DNA of 63,256 bases, the filler included, from Octopus bimaculoides (lineage: Eukaryota): the NCBI RefSeq assembly GCF_001194135.2. It is 6 parts of 6 records of this genome, joined end to end, with 100 filler letters (N's around TTAATTAATTAA, not from the genome) between each part and the next. Parts side by side here need not be neighbours in the genome. Positions count along the whole stretch, not along the records: positions 1 to 14,825 come from NC_068994.1; 5 more parts are not named here. One strand, 5' to 3'. The position numbers and the translations under genes are program-made. Below are positions 1-11,590 of the stretch, one piece after another (within the stretch, counting starts at the first letter, position 1; each line of letters opens with the position of its first letter). The notes under the pieces are model-generated. The model was not told where the DNA came from. It saw nothing but the letters and a program-made list of their open reading frames with translations, and did not search any database.

Positions 1-540
1 AACTCTCGTTTCCACTGCGAAACTCTCGTTTCCACTGCGAAACATTGACCTCCCTTCGCTGACCGTCTTCAACTGTGTACGTCCGCCATTTAGAGAGACA
101 ACACTAAGCTGGCATTCAGCTCGCTGGATGAAGTTTGCCTTTCCCAGCCTCGCTCTTTCTAAGCAATATTTCTCTCCTGATATACATACGTATGCAACCA
201 TACGTGTATACTCACACACAAACACACAGATATATATATATAGGGTATGTGTGTGTGTGTGGTGAGAGAGAAAGAAATGGAGATGGAGAGGGATAATATT
301 CTAATGCTATGTACAGAGGTCCACCTCCACATCTCCTTTCATACTCTGAGATATTATTTACTAATGGATGCTATTAATCCAGAGACGCTCTCACACTTAC
401 ATACACGTGTATACGCATATAAGAGGACCAACGAAATTGTAAATATTCGTGTCAACACACACACACACATACATATATGCACACATACATATATATACAT
501 ATATACATACATATATGCATACATTCATATATTCGTACAT

Positions 541-877
541 AGCTTTTGCTTGTTTCAGTCATTAGACTGCACCCATGCTGGGGCAACCGCCTTGAAGAAT
601 TTTAGTCGAACGACTTGAGCCTAGTGATTATTCTTGCCGAACCACTAAGTTACAAGGACGTAAGCACACCAGCACCGGTTGTGAAGCGGTGGTCGAGGAC
701 AAACACCGACACAAAGACACGTGCGCACGCACACACACACACACACATACATATACGAGGGGCATTTTTTCAGTTTCCGTCGACCTAGTCCACTCACAAG
801 CCCAAGGTGCCGCAAAGTGGGATTGAACCCGGAACCACGTGGTTTAAAAGCAAAATTTTTTTTATCACACAGCCACA
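541..877 (-). mobile_element. tRNA-derived SINE, family A (CORE-like octopus SINE), internally deleted
   Basis: Reverse complement matches the full-length copy at 21901-22326 (head GTGGCTGTG...GGTTCAATCCCAC, TGACTGAAACAAG tail). Confidence 0.85.
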
Positions 878-1055
878 CCAACGCCACACTGACACGTCGT
901 TCGCCTCACAGTAACCCAAAAAATATTACGTTCTTGTATATTTATATATAAACATAAAGAATANNNNNNNNNNTAAACATAAAGAATACTAGGGTCGCTG
1001 TAATCGACGAGTCCCCGCCCCGCAGATTTCAGACCATGTGCCTCCAGTAGAAAGG

Positions 1056-1108
<53 letters not shown>

Positions 1109-1110
1109 GA

Positions 1111-1335
1111 AGTCGGCGAGCTGGTAGAATCGTTAGCACGCTGGACGAAATGCTTAGCAGTATTTCACCCGTCGTTACGTTCTGAGTTCAAATTCCGCCG
1201 GGGTCGACTTTGCCTTACATCCTTTCGAGGGTCAATAGATCAAGTACCAGTTGTGCACTGGCGTCGATGCAATCGACTAGCTTCCCCTTCCCGCCAAATG
1301 TCAGACCTTGTGCCTTCAGTAGGAAGGATTATGGT
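1111..1335 (+). mobile_element. tRNA-derived SINE, family B (core CTTTGCCTTTCATCCTTTCGGGGTCGAT)
   Basis: GGCGAGCTGGTAGAATCGTTAGCACG head and GAGTTCAAATTCC B-box; the same core recurs at 1435, 12550, 37590 and 57170 (minus). Inserted after a (TTA)n run. Confidence 0.85.
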
Positions 1336-1344
1336 CATTATTAT

Positions 1345-1560
1345 GGAAAGCAGTAAGGTGGTAGGTTCATTAGCACTCAGAACGTAAAGACGCGACAAAA
1401 TACCTTTACGCCCCGAGTTCAAAATCCGCTGAGGTCAACTTTGCTTTCATCCTTTCGGGGGTCGATAATATAAAGTGCGTATCAAGCATTATGATCGATA
1501 AGATCTATCAAACCCTTCTCCCCCAAAAATTGCTCGCCTTGAATCAAAACTGAAACCATA
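1345..1560 (+). mobile_element. Degenerate family B SINE, tandem to the previous copy
   Basis: GAGTTCAAAATCCGCTGAGGTCAACTTTGCTTTCATCCTTTCGGGGGTCGAT at about 1414-1470. Confidence 0.7.
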
Positions 1561-1666
1561 TGAGTCTTTAGGTACGATAACAATTTCCTAATCTCCGTAA
1601 AGTGGGTCTTTTAATTCCATGTAACTAGGTAACATGTACTTTGCCGATACAATCTAAGTGGAACAG

Positions 1667-1737
<71 letters not shown>

Positions 1738-2227
1738 TGTGTGTGTATACATAAGACGTTTTTAAAGTTCAACATGTAATTCTTAAGCATTTGTTATCTT
1801 CTAAATTCCAGACTTGGAATTCTTTGTTTTAAACCAATTCTTCCGTTGTTCGAAAAATTCAAATAATTAAAAAAAATAAATAAATAAAGAAATTGAAGAG
1901 ATAACGTATCCGTAAAAACACACACAGACATACTCTGTCTCTCTCTCTTTCACAGACACACACAAACACAACTACACTCTCTCTCCCTCGCATACACACG
2001 CGCGCGCGCATATTTATGAATGATGCAATTGCAGAAGGAAAGGAAAAGGCAAAGGTAGTCAGGAAGAGAGAGAGACTGAGATTTCAAGAGCGAAGGAAAA
2101 CGATCAAAGAAGTTTGATAGCAAGAGAAACCTGGATGTGAAGATAATGGAGTGAAACCGGGGGAGATAAAGAGAACGACGTAGTGAGAATATGCATATAT
2201 CATATTACACACACACACACACGCACA

Positions 2228-2286
<59 letters not shown>

Positions 2287-3116
2287 GAATATGTGTGTGG
2301 GAATCCTCCATTTTGTTCATGTAAGCGTGTATATCATGTGACTCTGAATGTGTTTTCGTGTGGTTGTGTGTGTATGAAACAACTCTAAGATGTGTGTATA
2401 CACGAAACATTGTGTATTTGGGGAGGCATGGTCTAATTTTNNNNNNNNNNNNNNNNNNNNNNNNNNNNNNNNNNNNNNNNNNNNNNNNNNNNNNNNNNNN
2501 NNNNNNNNNNNNNNNNNNNNNNNNNNNNNNNNNNNNNNNNNNNNNNNNNNNNNNNNNNNNNNNNNNNNNNNNNNNNNNNNNNNNNNNNNNNNNNNNNNNN
2601 NNNNNNNNNNNNNNNNNNNNNNNNNNNNNNNNNNNNNNNNNNNNNNNNNNNNNNNNNNNNNNNNNNNNNNNNNNNNNNNNNNNNNNNNNNNNNNNNNNNN
2701 NNNNNNNNNNNNNNNNNNNNNNNNNNNNNNNNNNNNNNNNNNNNNNNNNNNNNNNNNNNNNNNNNNNNNNNNNNNNNNNNNNNNNNNNNNNNNNNNNNNN
2801 NNNNNNNNNNNNNNNNNNNNNNNNNNNNNNNNNNNNNNNNNNNNNNNNNNNNNNNNNNNNNNNNNNNNNNNNNNNNNNNNNNNNNNNNNNNNNNNNNNNN
2901 NNNNNNNNNNNNNNNNNNNNNNNNNNNNNNNNNNNNNNNNNNNNNNNNNNNNNNNNNNNNNNNNNNNNNNNNNNNNNNNNNNNNNNNNNNNNNNNNNNNN
3001 NNNNNNNNNNNNNNNNNNNNNNNNNNNNNNNNNNNNNNNNNNNNNNNNNNNNNNNNNNNNNNNNNNNNNNNNNNNNNNNNNNNNNNNNNNNNNNNNNNNN
3101 NNNNNNNNNNNNNNNN

Positions 3117-3176
<60 letters not shown>

Positions 3177-3489
3177 GATGCGTGTTATATATATGTATAC
3201 AAGCATGTATGTTCGTGTATTCTAGAATATCTGTAAAAACGCATTAACTGATTGCAATATAGAATACTGAAATAGCAAATTTTTTTCACTATTTATGTCA
3301 GAGATTTACATATATTTAATACGTCTAAAATTGAATGTTTCCAACAGTTGATTATAGAGAGTTTCTCACAACGCGCTCTTCAGATGATTGATTTTTCTTT
3401 CCTTCCAAAATAGACATGTACGATTTGGCGGTAATTAATTTTTCTGATTGCTTGTTGTTTCATACATTTTTGGTATTGCAGCAATTTAA

Positions 3490-4130
3490 AGAGCGAATGC
3501 GAACATTAAACGCACCTCATGTAACCGTGGATGTAAAGACAAAGCAGAGAGACCCTGGTGTGTCTTTTTATTGTTCCTCATACACTTGAAGAGATCGTTT
3601 AGATTTTGTACGGTTAATATCCTAGTAACCCCGTAGAACTCAGCTGGAATTTTTTCAAGACAAGTGTTCAAGACAAGTGTTCTTTTAAGCGGACATTTTT
3701 ATGAGCAATATTTGACCATTGCCACTTAGCAGGAATCACAATCCAAAGGTCTTCATAGAATTGTTTCATATTCTACCTCTGCGCGTATTATTGTATCTCG
3801 CTTACCTGTTCACGGTGCCCAGAATCCTTGCGTCTCTTGGATCTTTCCTTACACTGTACGGCGAGTCTGATGACAGATTACTCATGTGGAATCGAAGTCA
3901 ACTGAACTTCGTTTCAAGTAGACCTTGAATTTTCTCGTCATTTTCTTCAAACTAGCCCTGCTACTTTCGAGTAACTGGCCCAGTGTGCTCTTGCACAAGT
4001 CTGCAGACATTATCTTTAAGAGAGGTCTACTATTCTTTAATATTAAACTGTTCTGATACCGTCTAACTGACTCTATTATACAGGACTATGGAGAAATTGG
4101 CCGAGATTGACTTCTTTTTGAGTATAGAAT
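3490..4130 (-). mobile_element. RTE-clade LINE relic, RT N-terminal region (degenerate)
   Basis: Frameshifted minus-strand peptides RDARI (3823-3837), YNN.R and FLLSGNGQILL (3703-3735) resemble the RTE motif DA.IV.LYK.KG...C.NYRGISLLS.AGKILA. Confidence 0.55.
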
Positions 4131-4159
4131 CCCTCAACCTATTTTCAGACTTGCGTTCT

Positions 4160-4670
4160 TGCTCTGCAAGACCACATTGAACAGAAAGAATCGAACTATG
4201 GAAAGTTGGCCAGTTTCACCTTCTGCCGCTGTCAATATCGAAGAACTCGACAGCAGAATCACCAAAGAGACCTTAACCTTCTGTAAACTGCTGAAACCTG
4301 TGCGACCACAGTAGAATCATTCTTATCACAAAGCTAAAAGTCTACCGTTCAATTCTGGCAGCGTTCTTATTTAGCTGTGTGTTTTGGAACATTTTGATAT
4401 CACCTCGTAAGAAATTCGAACCGTTTTCGTATCAAGTGTCTCTTGTGTATCTTGCGTTCGCTCAGGTAGGATATGATCATTGGCACTAATACGGTCAAGA
4501 AGCTAGCATACAAGTGTGTACGCTCTTCTTCAGAAAACTCGGGTGAATTGCACTCGAATGAAGTTCCATTTTGGGGAACTTTGTTGAAGACAGCGCGTTA
4601 TTGGAGGAGAGGCAAAGAATATTTTCAAGATCTTTCTAAAACACTTGTTTAAAAACTTCAGCATTGTGAT
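4160..4670 (+). mobile_element. RTE-clade LINE relic, RT C-terminal/thumb region
   Basis: Peptides ELDSRITK (4243), TKLKVYRSI (4328), NRFRIKCLLCILR and FGEL match RTE EIDSRIAKA...TKLKVYRA...NRFHxRCL..IL...YGEL. Stops and frameshifts present. Confidence 0.75.
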
Positions 4671-4688
4671 TGATATTTAGAAGTTCTT

Positions 4689-4940
4689 ACAGTTCTATAT
4701 TTAAGAGATGAGGAATTATGTACATTATTTACAATTGACGGATATTTGTCCTCATCTTGTTTGTTGTTAACACAACGGTTCGGCTGATATATCCTCCAAC
4801 CTTCATCAGGTGTCTTGGGGAAATTTCGAACGTGGGTTCTCATTCCTGAGGTATTTTTCGATGTAATTATTATTATTCAGGTCACTGTCTGGGATCGAGC
4901 TCAGAATCTTGGGGTTAGTAGCTCGCGCTCTTAAGCACTC
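4689..4940 (-). mobile_element. SINE with tRNA-like head and Penelope-like tail containing a hammerhead motif (family H1)
   Basis: Minus strand reads AGTGCTTAAGAGCGCGAGCTACTAACCCCAAGATTCTGAGCTCGATCCC (A/B-box-like), then a tail shared with 9466-9723. Confidence 0.75.
4769..4814 (-). ncRNA. Minimal type I hammerhead ribozyme motif, mutated copy (GAAA to GAAC)
   Basis: GACAC-CTGATGA-A-GGTTG-GAGGATATAT-CAGCC-GAAC-CGTT-GTGTT; helices I and II pair. Confidence 0.5.
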
Positions 4941-5111
4941 CTGACTGAAACAACTAAAAGTATAAAAGAATAGATACGTGTATGTGCCTATGTATATGCC
5001 TATTACAAGTTCATAAAATGTACGTCCGTTTTTTGCGGCAGTATGCATAAAACAGCATCATGCAATATGCTTGTTATACAAACACAATCAATACGCTGAT
5101 ATACATATACA

Positions 5112-5147
<36 letters not shown>

Positions 5148-5156
5148 TATATACAC

Positions 5157-5314
5157 ACTTTCTCCGTGTTTTTCTCCTTGTCTCCGTATTCTTTCTGTTG
5201 AAGAGCGTAGCTCGAAACGTCAAAGACTTTCCGTATTCCCGAGCGTCATACTAATATATACTTTTGTTATTTACACCACCTGTCCTCGTCTGTTGTTATT
5301 ATTTGTATATTCTC

Positions 5315-5317
<3 letters not shown>
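5157..5317 (+). repeat. Penelope-like terminal repeat, family H2
   Basis: Second copy at 25462-25617; contains a hammerhead-like motif; embedded in TA/CATA microsatellites. Confidence 0.7.
5190..5226 (+). ncRNA. Minimal type I hammerhead-like motif with variant core CUGUUGA
   Basis: TCTTT-CTGTTGA-A-GAGC-GTA-GCTC-GAAA-CG-TC-AAAGA. Perfect helix I (5 bp) and helix II (4 bp), GUC cleavage triplet. Confidence 0.55.
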
Positions 5318-5353
<36 letters not shown>

Positions 5354-5990
5354 TATGCGTGAGTTTAATTCTNNNNNNNNNNNNNNNNNNNNNNNNNNNN
5401 NNNNNNNNNNNNNNNNNNNNNNNNNNNNNNNNNNNNNNNNNNNNNNNNNNNNNNNNNNNNNNNNNNNNNNNNNNNNNNNNNNNNNNNNNNNNNNNNNNNN
5501 NNNNNNNNNNNNNNNNNNNNNNNNNNNNNNNNNNNNNNNNNNNNNNNNNNNNNNNNNNNNNNNNNNNNNNNNNNNNNNNNNNNNNNNNNNNNNNNNNNNN
5601 NNNNNNNNNNNNNNNNNNNNNNNNNNNNNNNNNNNNNNNNNNNNNNNNNNNNNNNNNNNNNNNNNNNNNNNNNNNNNNNNNNNNNNNNNNNNNNNNNNNN
5701 NNNNNNNNNNNNNNNNNNNNNNNNNNNNNNNNNNNNNNNNNNNNNNNNNNNNNNNNNNNNNNNNNNNNNNNNNNNNNNNNNNNNNNNNNNNNNNNNNNNN
5801 NNNNNNNNNNNNNNNNNNNNNNNNNNNNNNNNNNNNNNNNNNNNNNNNNNNNNNNNNNNNNNNNNNNNNNNNNNNNNNNNNNNNNNNNNNNNNNNNNNNN
5901 NNNNNNNNNNNNNNNNNNNNNNNNNNNNNNNNNNNNNNNNNNNNNNACCGGTATTTCGTCTGTTTTTATGTCCTGAGTCGACTTTTTTTC

Positions 5991-5991
<1 letters not shown>

Positions 5992-6051
<60 letters not shown>

Positions 6052-6200
6052 AGACGTACGAGATATCGTCCACAACTATACGGCGTTTTGAAAATGGCAG
6101 CGTCAGTCAGTCACAGAAATAATGAGAAAATGAACAAAATTATATATGAAAACGACACAAAAATAAACGTAATAGCGAAGCAATTCAGAGTAGTAGCAGC

Positions 6201-6264
<64 letters not shown>

Positions 6265-6291
6265 ACAGCAGCAGCAGCAGCAGCAGTAGTG

Positions 6292-6334
<43 letters not shown>

Positions 6335-6345
6335 CAGCAGCAGCA
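5992..6345. repeat. (AGAT)n and (GTA/GCA)n microsatellites
   Basis: Direct inspection. Confidence 0.95.
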
Positions 6346-6649
6346 TGGGGGAGAGGAGGAGGTGCAGGATCAAAAGCTTAAAAAATGCCGAATAGGAAAG
6401 AAGAAGTAGGAGCGTATGGGAGTATGAGAGTGTGAAATTGGGTTTCGTACGTGATGGGCCTGCTTGGTAATGAAAGACATGTCCTGCTGTTGGTGGTTGT
6501 AGTTTGATAGGCTTGTGACAGAAGGTTCCGGTGTGGCTGGCTGGGAAACTGGTTCAGGTCACACGATCTGGGATGATCGTAGCGTTTAGTCCTGGCATAT
6601 TCTCAGTGCTGGGAGCTAGGATTTTTATTGGTGAGAGACGAACTTCAAT

Positions 6650-7350
6650 CAACAGTGAGACACACACACACAGACACACACAGATAGATACACACATATA
6701 CAAGCACACAGATTGACATGCGCACACAAACACACACACGAATGCATACGGACACAATCACACGTACACAGATAGACGCACCAACACACACAAATACACT
6801 CACACACAGAAAGACACACACACAAACACACATGTATACACAGATAAACACACACACATATACAGATAGATACATACACAAGCACACACGCAAGCAATTA
6901 CACACCCAATCATACAGATAGGTGCAGACACAAACATTCACACACGCAAAACACACACACGCGCACACAAATGCACATAAACAGACATACATACAGATTA
7001 GCACACATACATATGCACAAACACATAAACAGTCACACGTACACACACACACACACACACACAGGCATACGTCCACACACAGCAGCACACATACAGACAA
7101 ATTCACATATACATACACACACACAAATACACATGCAAGCACACAAGCGCACTTACACACAATCAAATACACACACACACAAACACATGCACACACAAAT
7201 ACACACACACACAAATACACACACACACAATACACATACACACATACGCACACGCACAAGCCCACATACGCATACACACCAACGTACATACACACACTCG
7301 TACAAGCACGCATAGATGCACATACACATGCATACACACTCCTAACAACA
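6650..7350. repeat. Degenerate (CA)n-rich low-complexity tract of about 700 bp
   Basis: Direct inspection; it is the source of the spurious HT/CV-rich ORFs. Confidence 0.95.
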
Positions 7351-8374
7351 ACAACAACTACAAGTTTGAAACAAAAGCAATATAGTGGCACGTTGTCATC
7401 ACATCGAGTCCCTAATTGGTGTATTTGTGCCACCGATGACATCCTGTCTTTGGTTAACGGGTGGGCGGGGAATGGAGGGTGGAATGCTTATCAAGCGTAA
7501 TTGGAATCAGGGTTGAAAGTGAGGTTTTGAGAGTGTGTGTGTGTGTAGAGAGAGAGAGATTTGAAGGTAGCAACAGAGACAGGAAGAGAGTGAAAGAGAA
7601 AGATAGATAGAGATAGACAGAGAGAGAGAGAGATAGAGAGAGAAAGAGAGAGAAAGAGTAAGTGCAGTTCAGAGGAAAATTGCCTGTGTGTATAATCACG
7701 CACGCAAACTATATACACATAACACGCACTTTTAAATTCATCCATCCATCCATACATATATATATACACTCGCACATACGTATATTTAAAATATATAGCT
7801 AGGTATGTTTATATCTAAACATATATTTATATATACATATACATACATGCATGTTCATATGTATATGTGTGCGTGTAGGTGTGTTTCTACAAATATAGGT
7901 ATTCTCAAAATGAATAGCTCTCATCTAGTACATATCAATCACAGCATGTGTGTATATATTGACTAACGCATACATTTCCACGTTTCTCAACCGATTTTCA
8001 TCAGACTTGACACACACATTACTTATGTCCCAAGGATGGCCATGCACTAGAACATTTTTCCTAGAGCTCTCGCGCAGACAAACTGGGAAAAACGGTGGTT
8101 TACATGGGTTTTCCTCTAATTCTTTGTGTGTTTTTGTATGTAGGGTCTTCCATACTTTTTAAATCTATATGGTGGTATATTGGCATTAGAGAATCTTTTT
8201 TAGTGGTTTTCACGTGATTTTTTATTTATAATTTATTTATATGTTGTAATTGTATATTATTAGTTGGTTAGAGAATATAAATGTGAAAAGATTTTGTCTA
8301 TTTATTTCGACAGTCCACGTGTTATAATTTATTCACATGTTGGAATTGTGGATTATTACCTGATTAGAGAATAT

Positions 8375-8490
8375 TCTTTTCTACTCTAGGCACAAGGCCC
8401 GAAATTTTGGGGGAGGGGCCAGTCGATTAGATCGACCTCAGTACGCAACTGGTACTTAATTTATCGACCCCGAAATGATGAAAGGCAAAG
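8375..8490 (-). mobile_element. Family B SINE 3' part
   Basis: CTGGTACTTAATTTATCGACCCCGAAATGATGAAAGGCAAAGTCGACC is the reverse complement of the family B core. Confidence 0.8.
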
Positions 8491-9465
8491 TCGACCTAAG
8501 GCAAGGAGCTGGCAGACTGCTTACCGCGCTGGTCTAGCGGTATTTATCTCGGCTTGCCGAGGTCGAATTTACTTTTCCTCCTTTCGGCTTCATAAAATAA
8601 GAACGTGTTGAGCACTGAGTGGGCTGATATACTCGACTTGCACATCCCAACAACGTTTCGGGCTTTGTGCCTGAAGTAGAAAGAATTAATGAAGTCCTAG
8701 AGATATTACATCTCTACGAAAACAAAACGAGATGCTTATAGACTGAATGTCTTTAATAATTGTTTTGCTGAACCAGAATTAACCTGGGATTAAACAGCAA
8801 CTCCACTTTTGGGGTTTGCAACAAAATTTGAGCTAATTTTAATGTCAAATGGTTTGCCTAATTGCATCATTGCGGTTAATTTTTTACCATTTCTGTTTAT
8901 GACATTTGAGGGATCACAAAACAAAATTGCTTTTTCTTTTTGTATTTTATATAGATCAATTTGAGAGCAGTAGAATTAATGTATGCGTTTGGCTCACTAG
9001 AACTAAACACACACACACACGCGCATACACACACACACATGTATGTATGTATATATGTAATAATATACTACAAGTATCTTTGAATAAACTTAATTAATAT
9101 TCCAGTTGTGTTAAAGGTCAATCGATGTAGTTCTATCTTTGATCTATGAAAATGCTAGCATACATATCCATTCATATGCGAGAAACTTCCGATTACCGAG
9201 TGAGAGAGACATGTCCTCTGGGTAAGTAACAGAGGCAGGACCTTTCCAAACTAAGGCCATAAATTATAATTTTTTAAGCAAAAAATAAAAAGCAAACGCT
9301 GTCCCTGATTCAATGATAAAAACTTTCTGTTTTATAGTGATCTAAATTTAAACCTTCCATCAGAGTTCTATGTTATTTCATGTTTCAGTCCTAGCTTCAG
9401 ATTGGCAAAGTTATTTTACTAAATCAATCATTATCTTCAAAATAAATTGAAACAAATTTAGTGTA

Positions 9466-9723
9466 CAGTTCTATATTTAAGAGATGAGGAATTATGTACA
9501 TTATTAACATTATTTACATTTGACGTATATTTGTCCTCATCTTGTTTGTTGTTAGCATAACGTTTCGGCTGATATACTCTCTAGCCTTAGGAATGAGAAC
9601 CCAGGTTCGAAATTTCCCCAAGACACCTGATGAAGGCTGGAAGGTATATCAACCGAAACGTTGTGTTGACAACAAACAAGATGAGGACAAATATCCGTCA
9701 AATGTAAATAATGTAAAGAATGT
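9466..9723. mobile_element. Inverted two-arm insertion of the family H1 tail
   Basis: 9466-9588 is the minus-strand tail and 9585-9723 the plus-strand tail. Shared CCTT at the junction. Flanked by AAATTTAGTGTA and AAATCTAGTGTA. Confidence 0.8.
9622..9667 (+). ncRNA. Minimal type I hammerhead ribozyme motif with intact core
   Basis: GACAC-CTGATGA-A-GGCTG-GAAGGTATAT-CAACC-GAAA-CG-TT-GTGTT, with palindromic AACGTT in place of helix III. Confidence 0.6.
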
Positions 9724-9906
9724 AAATCTAGTGTATTCCAACAAAAATATGGTAACAAAAGGGTTAAAGTGACCTAACTTTAAACCTAACTTTAAATACT
9801 GGGACTTCTAAGCCCTGGGTGGAGAAAAAGTGTTGTTTGACGTACGCATAGGACTCGAACCCATACCTCTCACTGTATATATGTTCGTGTAAATATATTA
9901 ATGAAG

Positions 9907-9950
<44 letters not shown>

Positions 9951-10267
9951 NNNNNNNNNNNNNNNNNNNNNNNNNNNNNNNNNNNNNNNNNNNNNNNNNN
10001 NNNNNNNNNNNNNNNNNNNNNNNNNNNNNNNNNNNNNNNNNNNNNNNNNNNNNNNNNNNNNNNNNNNNNNNNNNNNNNNNNNNNNNNNNNNNNNNNNNNN
10101 NNNNNNNNNNNNNNNNNNNNNNNNNNNNNNNNNNNNNNNNNNNNNNNNNNNNNNNNNNNNNNNNNNNNNNNNNNNNNNNNNNNNNNNNNNNNNNNNNNNN
10201 NNNNNNNNNNNNNNNNNNNNNNNNNNNNNNNNNNNNNNNNNNNNNNNNNNNNNNNNNNNNNNNNNNN

Positions 10268-10295
<28 letters not shown>

Positions 10296-10298
<3 letters not shown>

Positions 10299-10438
10299 AC
10301 GACGGTCTTCCTTCAGTTTCCGTCTACCAAATTCACTCACATGACTTTGGTCGGCCCGAGGCTATAGTAGAAGACACTTGCTCAAGGTGCCACGCAGTGG
10401 GACTAAACCCGGAACTATATGGTAGGGAAGCAAGCTTG
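10296..10438 (-). mobile_element. Family A SINE 5' half
   Basis: Reverse complement of the family A head and CORE-like CACCTTGAGCAAGTGTCTT. Confidence 0.85.
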
Positions 10439-10621
10439 TAAAACCTGATGCAACTGGTTAACGTCAAACAAGTGACTAGTAAATCTGTGGTATTGATCAG
10501 AATATTAGCTGTAGGCCATCTTTCACACCAAGACAAAACATGTACATGATAACACTTCCAATCAGAAAAGATCAGAAGTTATGAGAGCCACCTGGTATTG
10601 TTTCAAGATGTTATATTATTA

Positions 10622-10745
<124 letters not shown>

Positions 10746-11544
10746 AGTAATAGGGTTAAACATAAGAATTTCTGACTTTCTGATTCGCATGTAATACGCG
10801 AATCGGTTATGTAATTAATTAGATCATTATGTAACTATAATGATTAATTAGAATATAATTAAATTAATTATATAATTAATTATATAATTGAATATTATAT
10901 ATATATATATATATATATGCTTATGTTTGTATGTGTGCGTATGTAAATGTGTGTGTGTTCTTGCATGCATGGTATCTCATCTCTTAATTGCTTCAGGTAC
11001 TAGAATGCGGCCATGCTGGGGCACAGCCTTCAAGTACTTTCTCGAACAAATTGAGTCCTATTCTGAACTTTTTAAGTGCCATACATTTTCTATCAGAAAC
11101 TTTGTTGAACCGCTAAAGGTACTCAAGTTGCCAGGACAACGGATCAAGTAACCACACGAGAAGACACCAATGAGATTTGAACCCAGAAAGCAAGGAGTCG
11201 TAGCAAATAGCGCAAAGCATCCGACCAACTTTCTTATAGTTCCACCAATCTTCTACCCTTGGTTTGGTATTTTTTTATTATTATTATTTATCGAGTTTAA
11301 AAAGAAGAAATCCGGAGTTGATCTCAGCCCGGATTTGAACTCTAGGAGCTGCGAGTCAGAAACATCTGACGCTCTAATGCTTCAGCCAATTCACTGAAAG
11401 AAAAAAAAAAAATTCGAAAGAAAAAAAAAAAAACAAAGTAGAGAGAAATGAATGAAGAGATACAATTTTTTGTTTTTGTCTTTCACAAAAGAATAAATGA
11501 ATAAATAAATAAGTGAAATAAATAAATAACTAAACGGTGTAAGG

Positions 11545-11590
<46 letters not shown>

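Noticed and set aside
1-43. 20-bp tandem duplication at the window start
   Set aside because: Only about two units at the edge; no spacers, so not CRISPR-like; may be an assembly artefact.
947-990. Sequence duplicated on both sides of a 10-N gap (also 35120-35215)
   Set aside because: Typical unmerged contig overlap artefact.
6522-6630. Possible plus-strand exon KVPVWLAGKLVQ...ARIFI ending at GTGAGA
   Set aside because: The acceptor lacks a pyrimidine tract and there is no recognisable homology.
9151-9205. HTYPFICEK, resembling a C-type lectin C-terminus
   Set aside because: Only nine residues, bounded by stops; no other lectin exons found.
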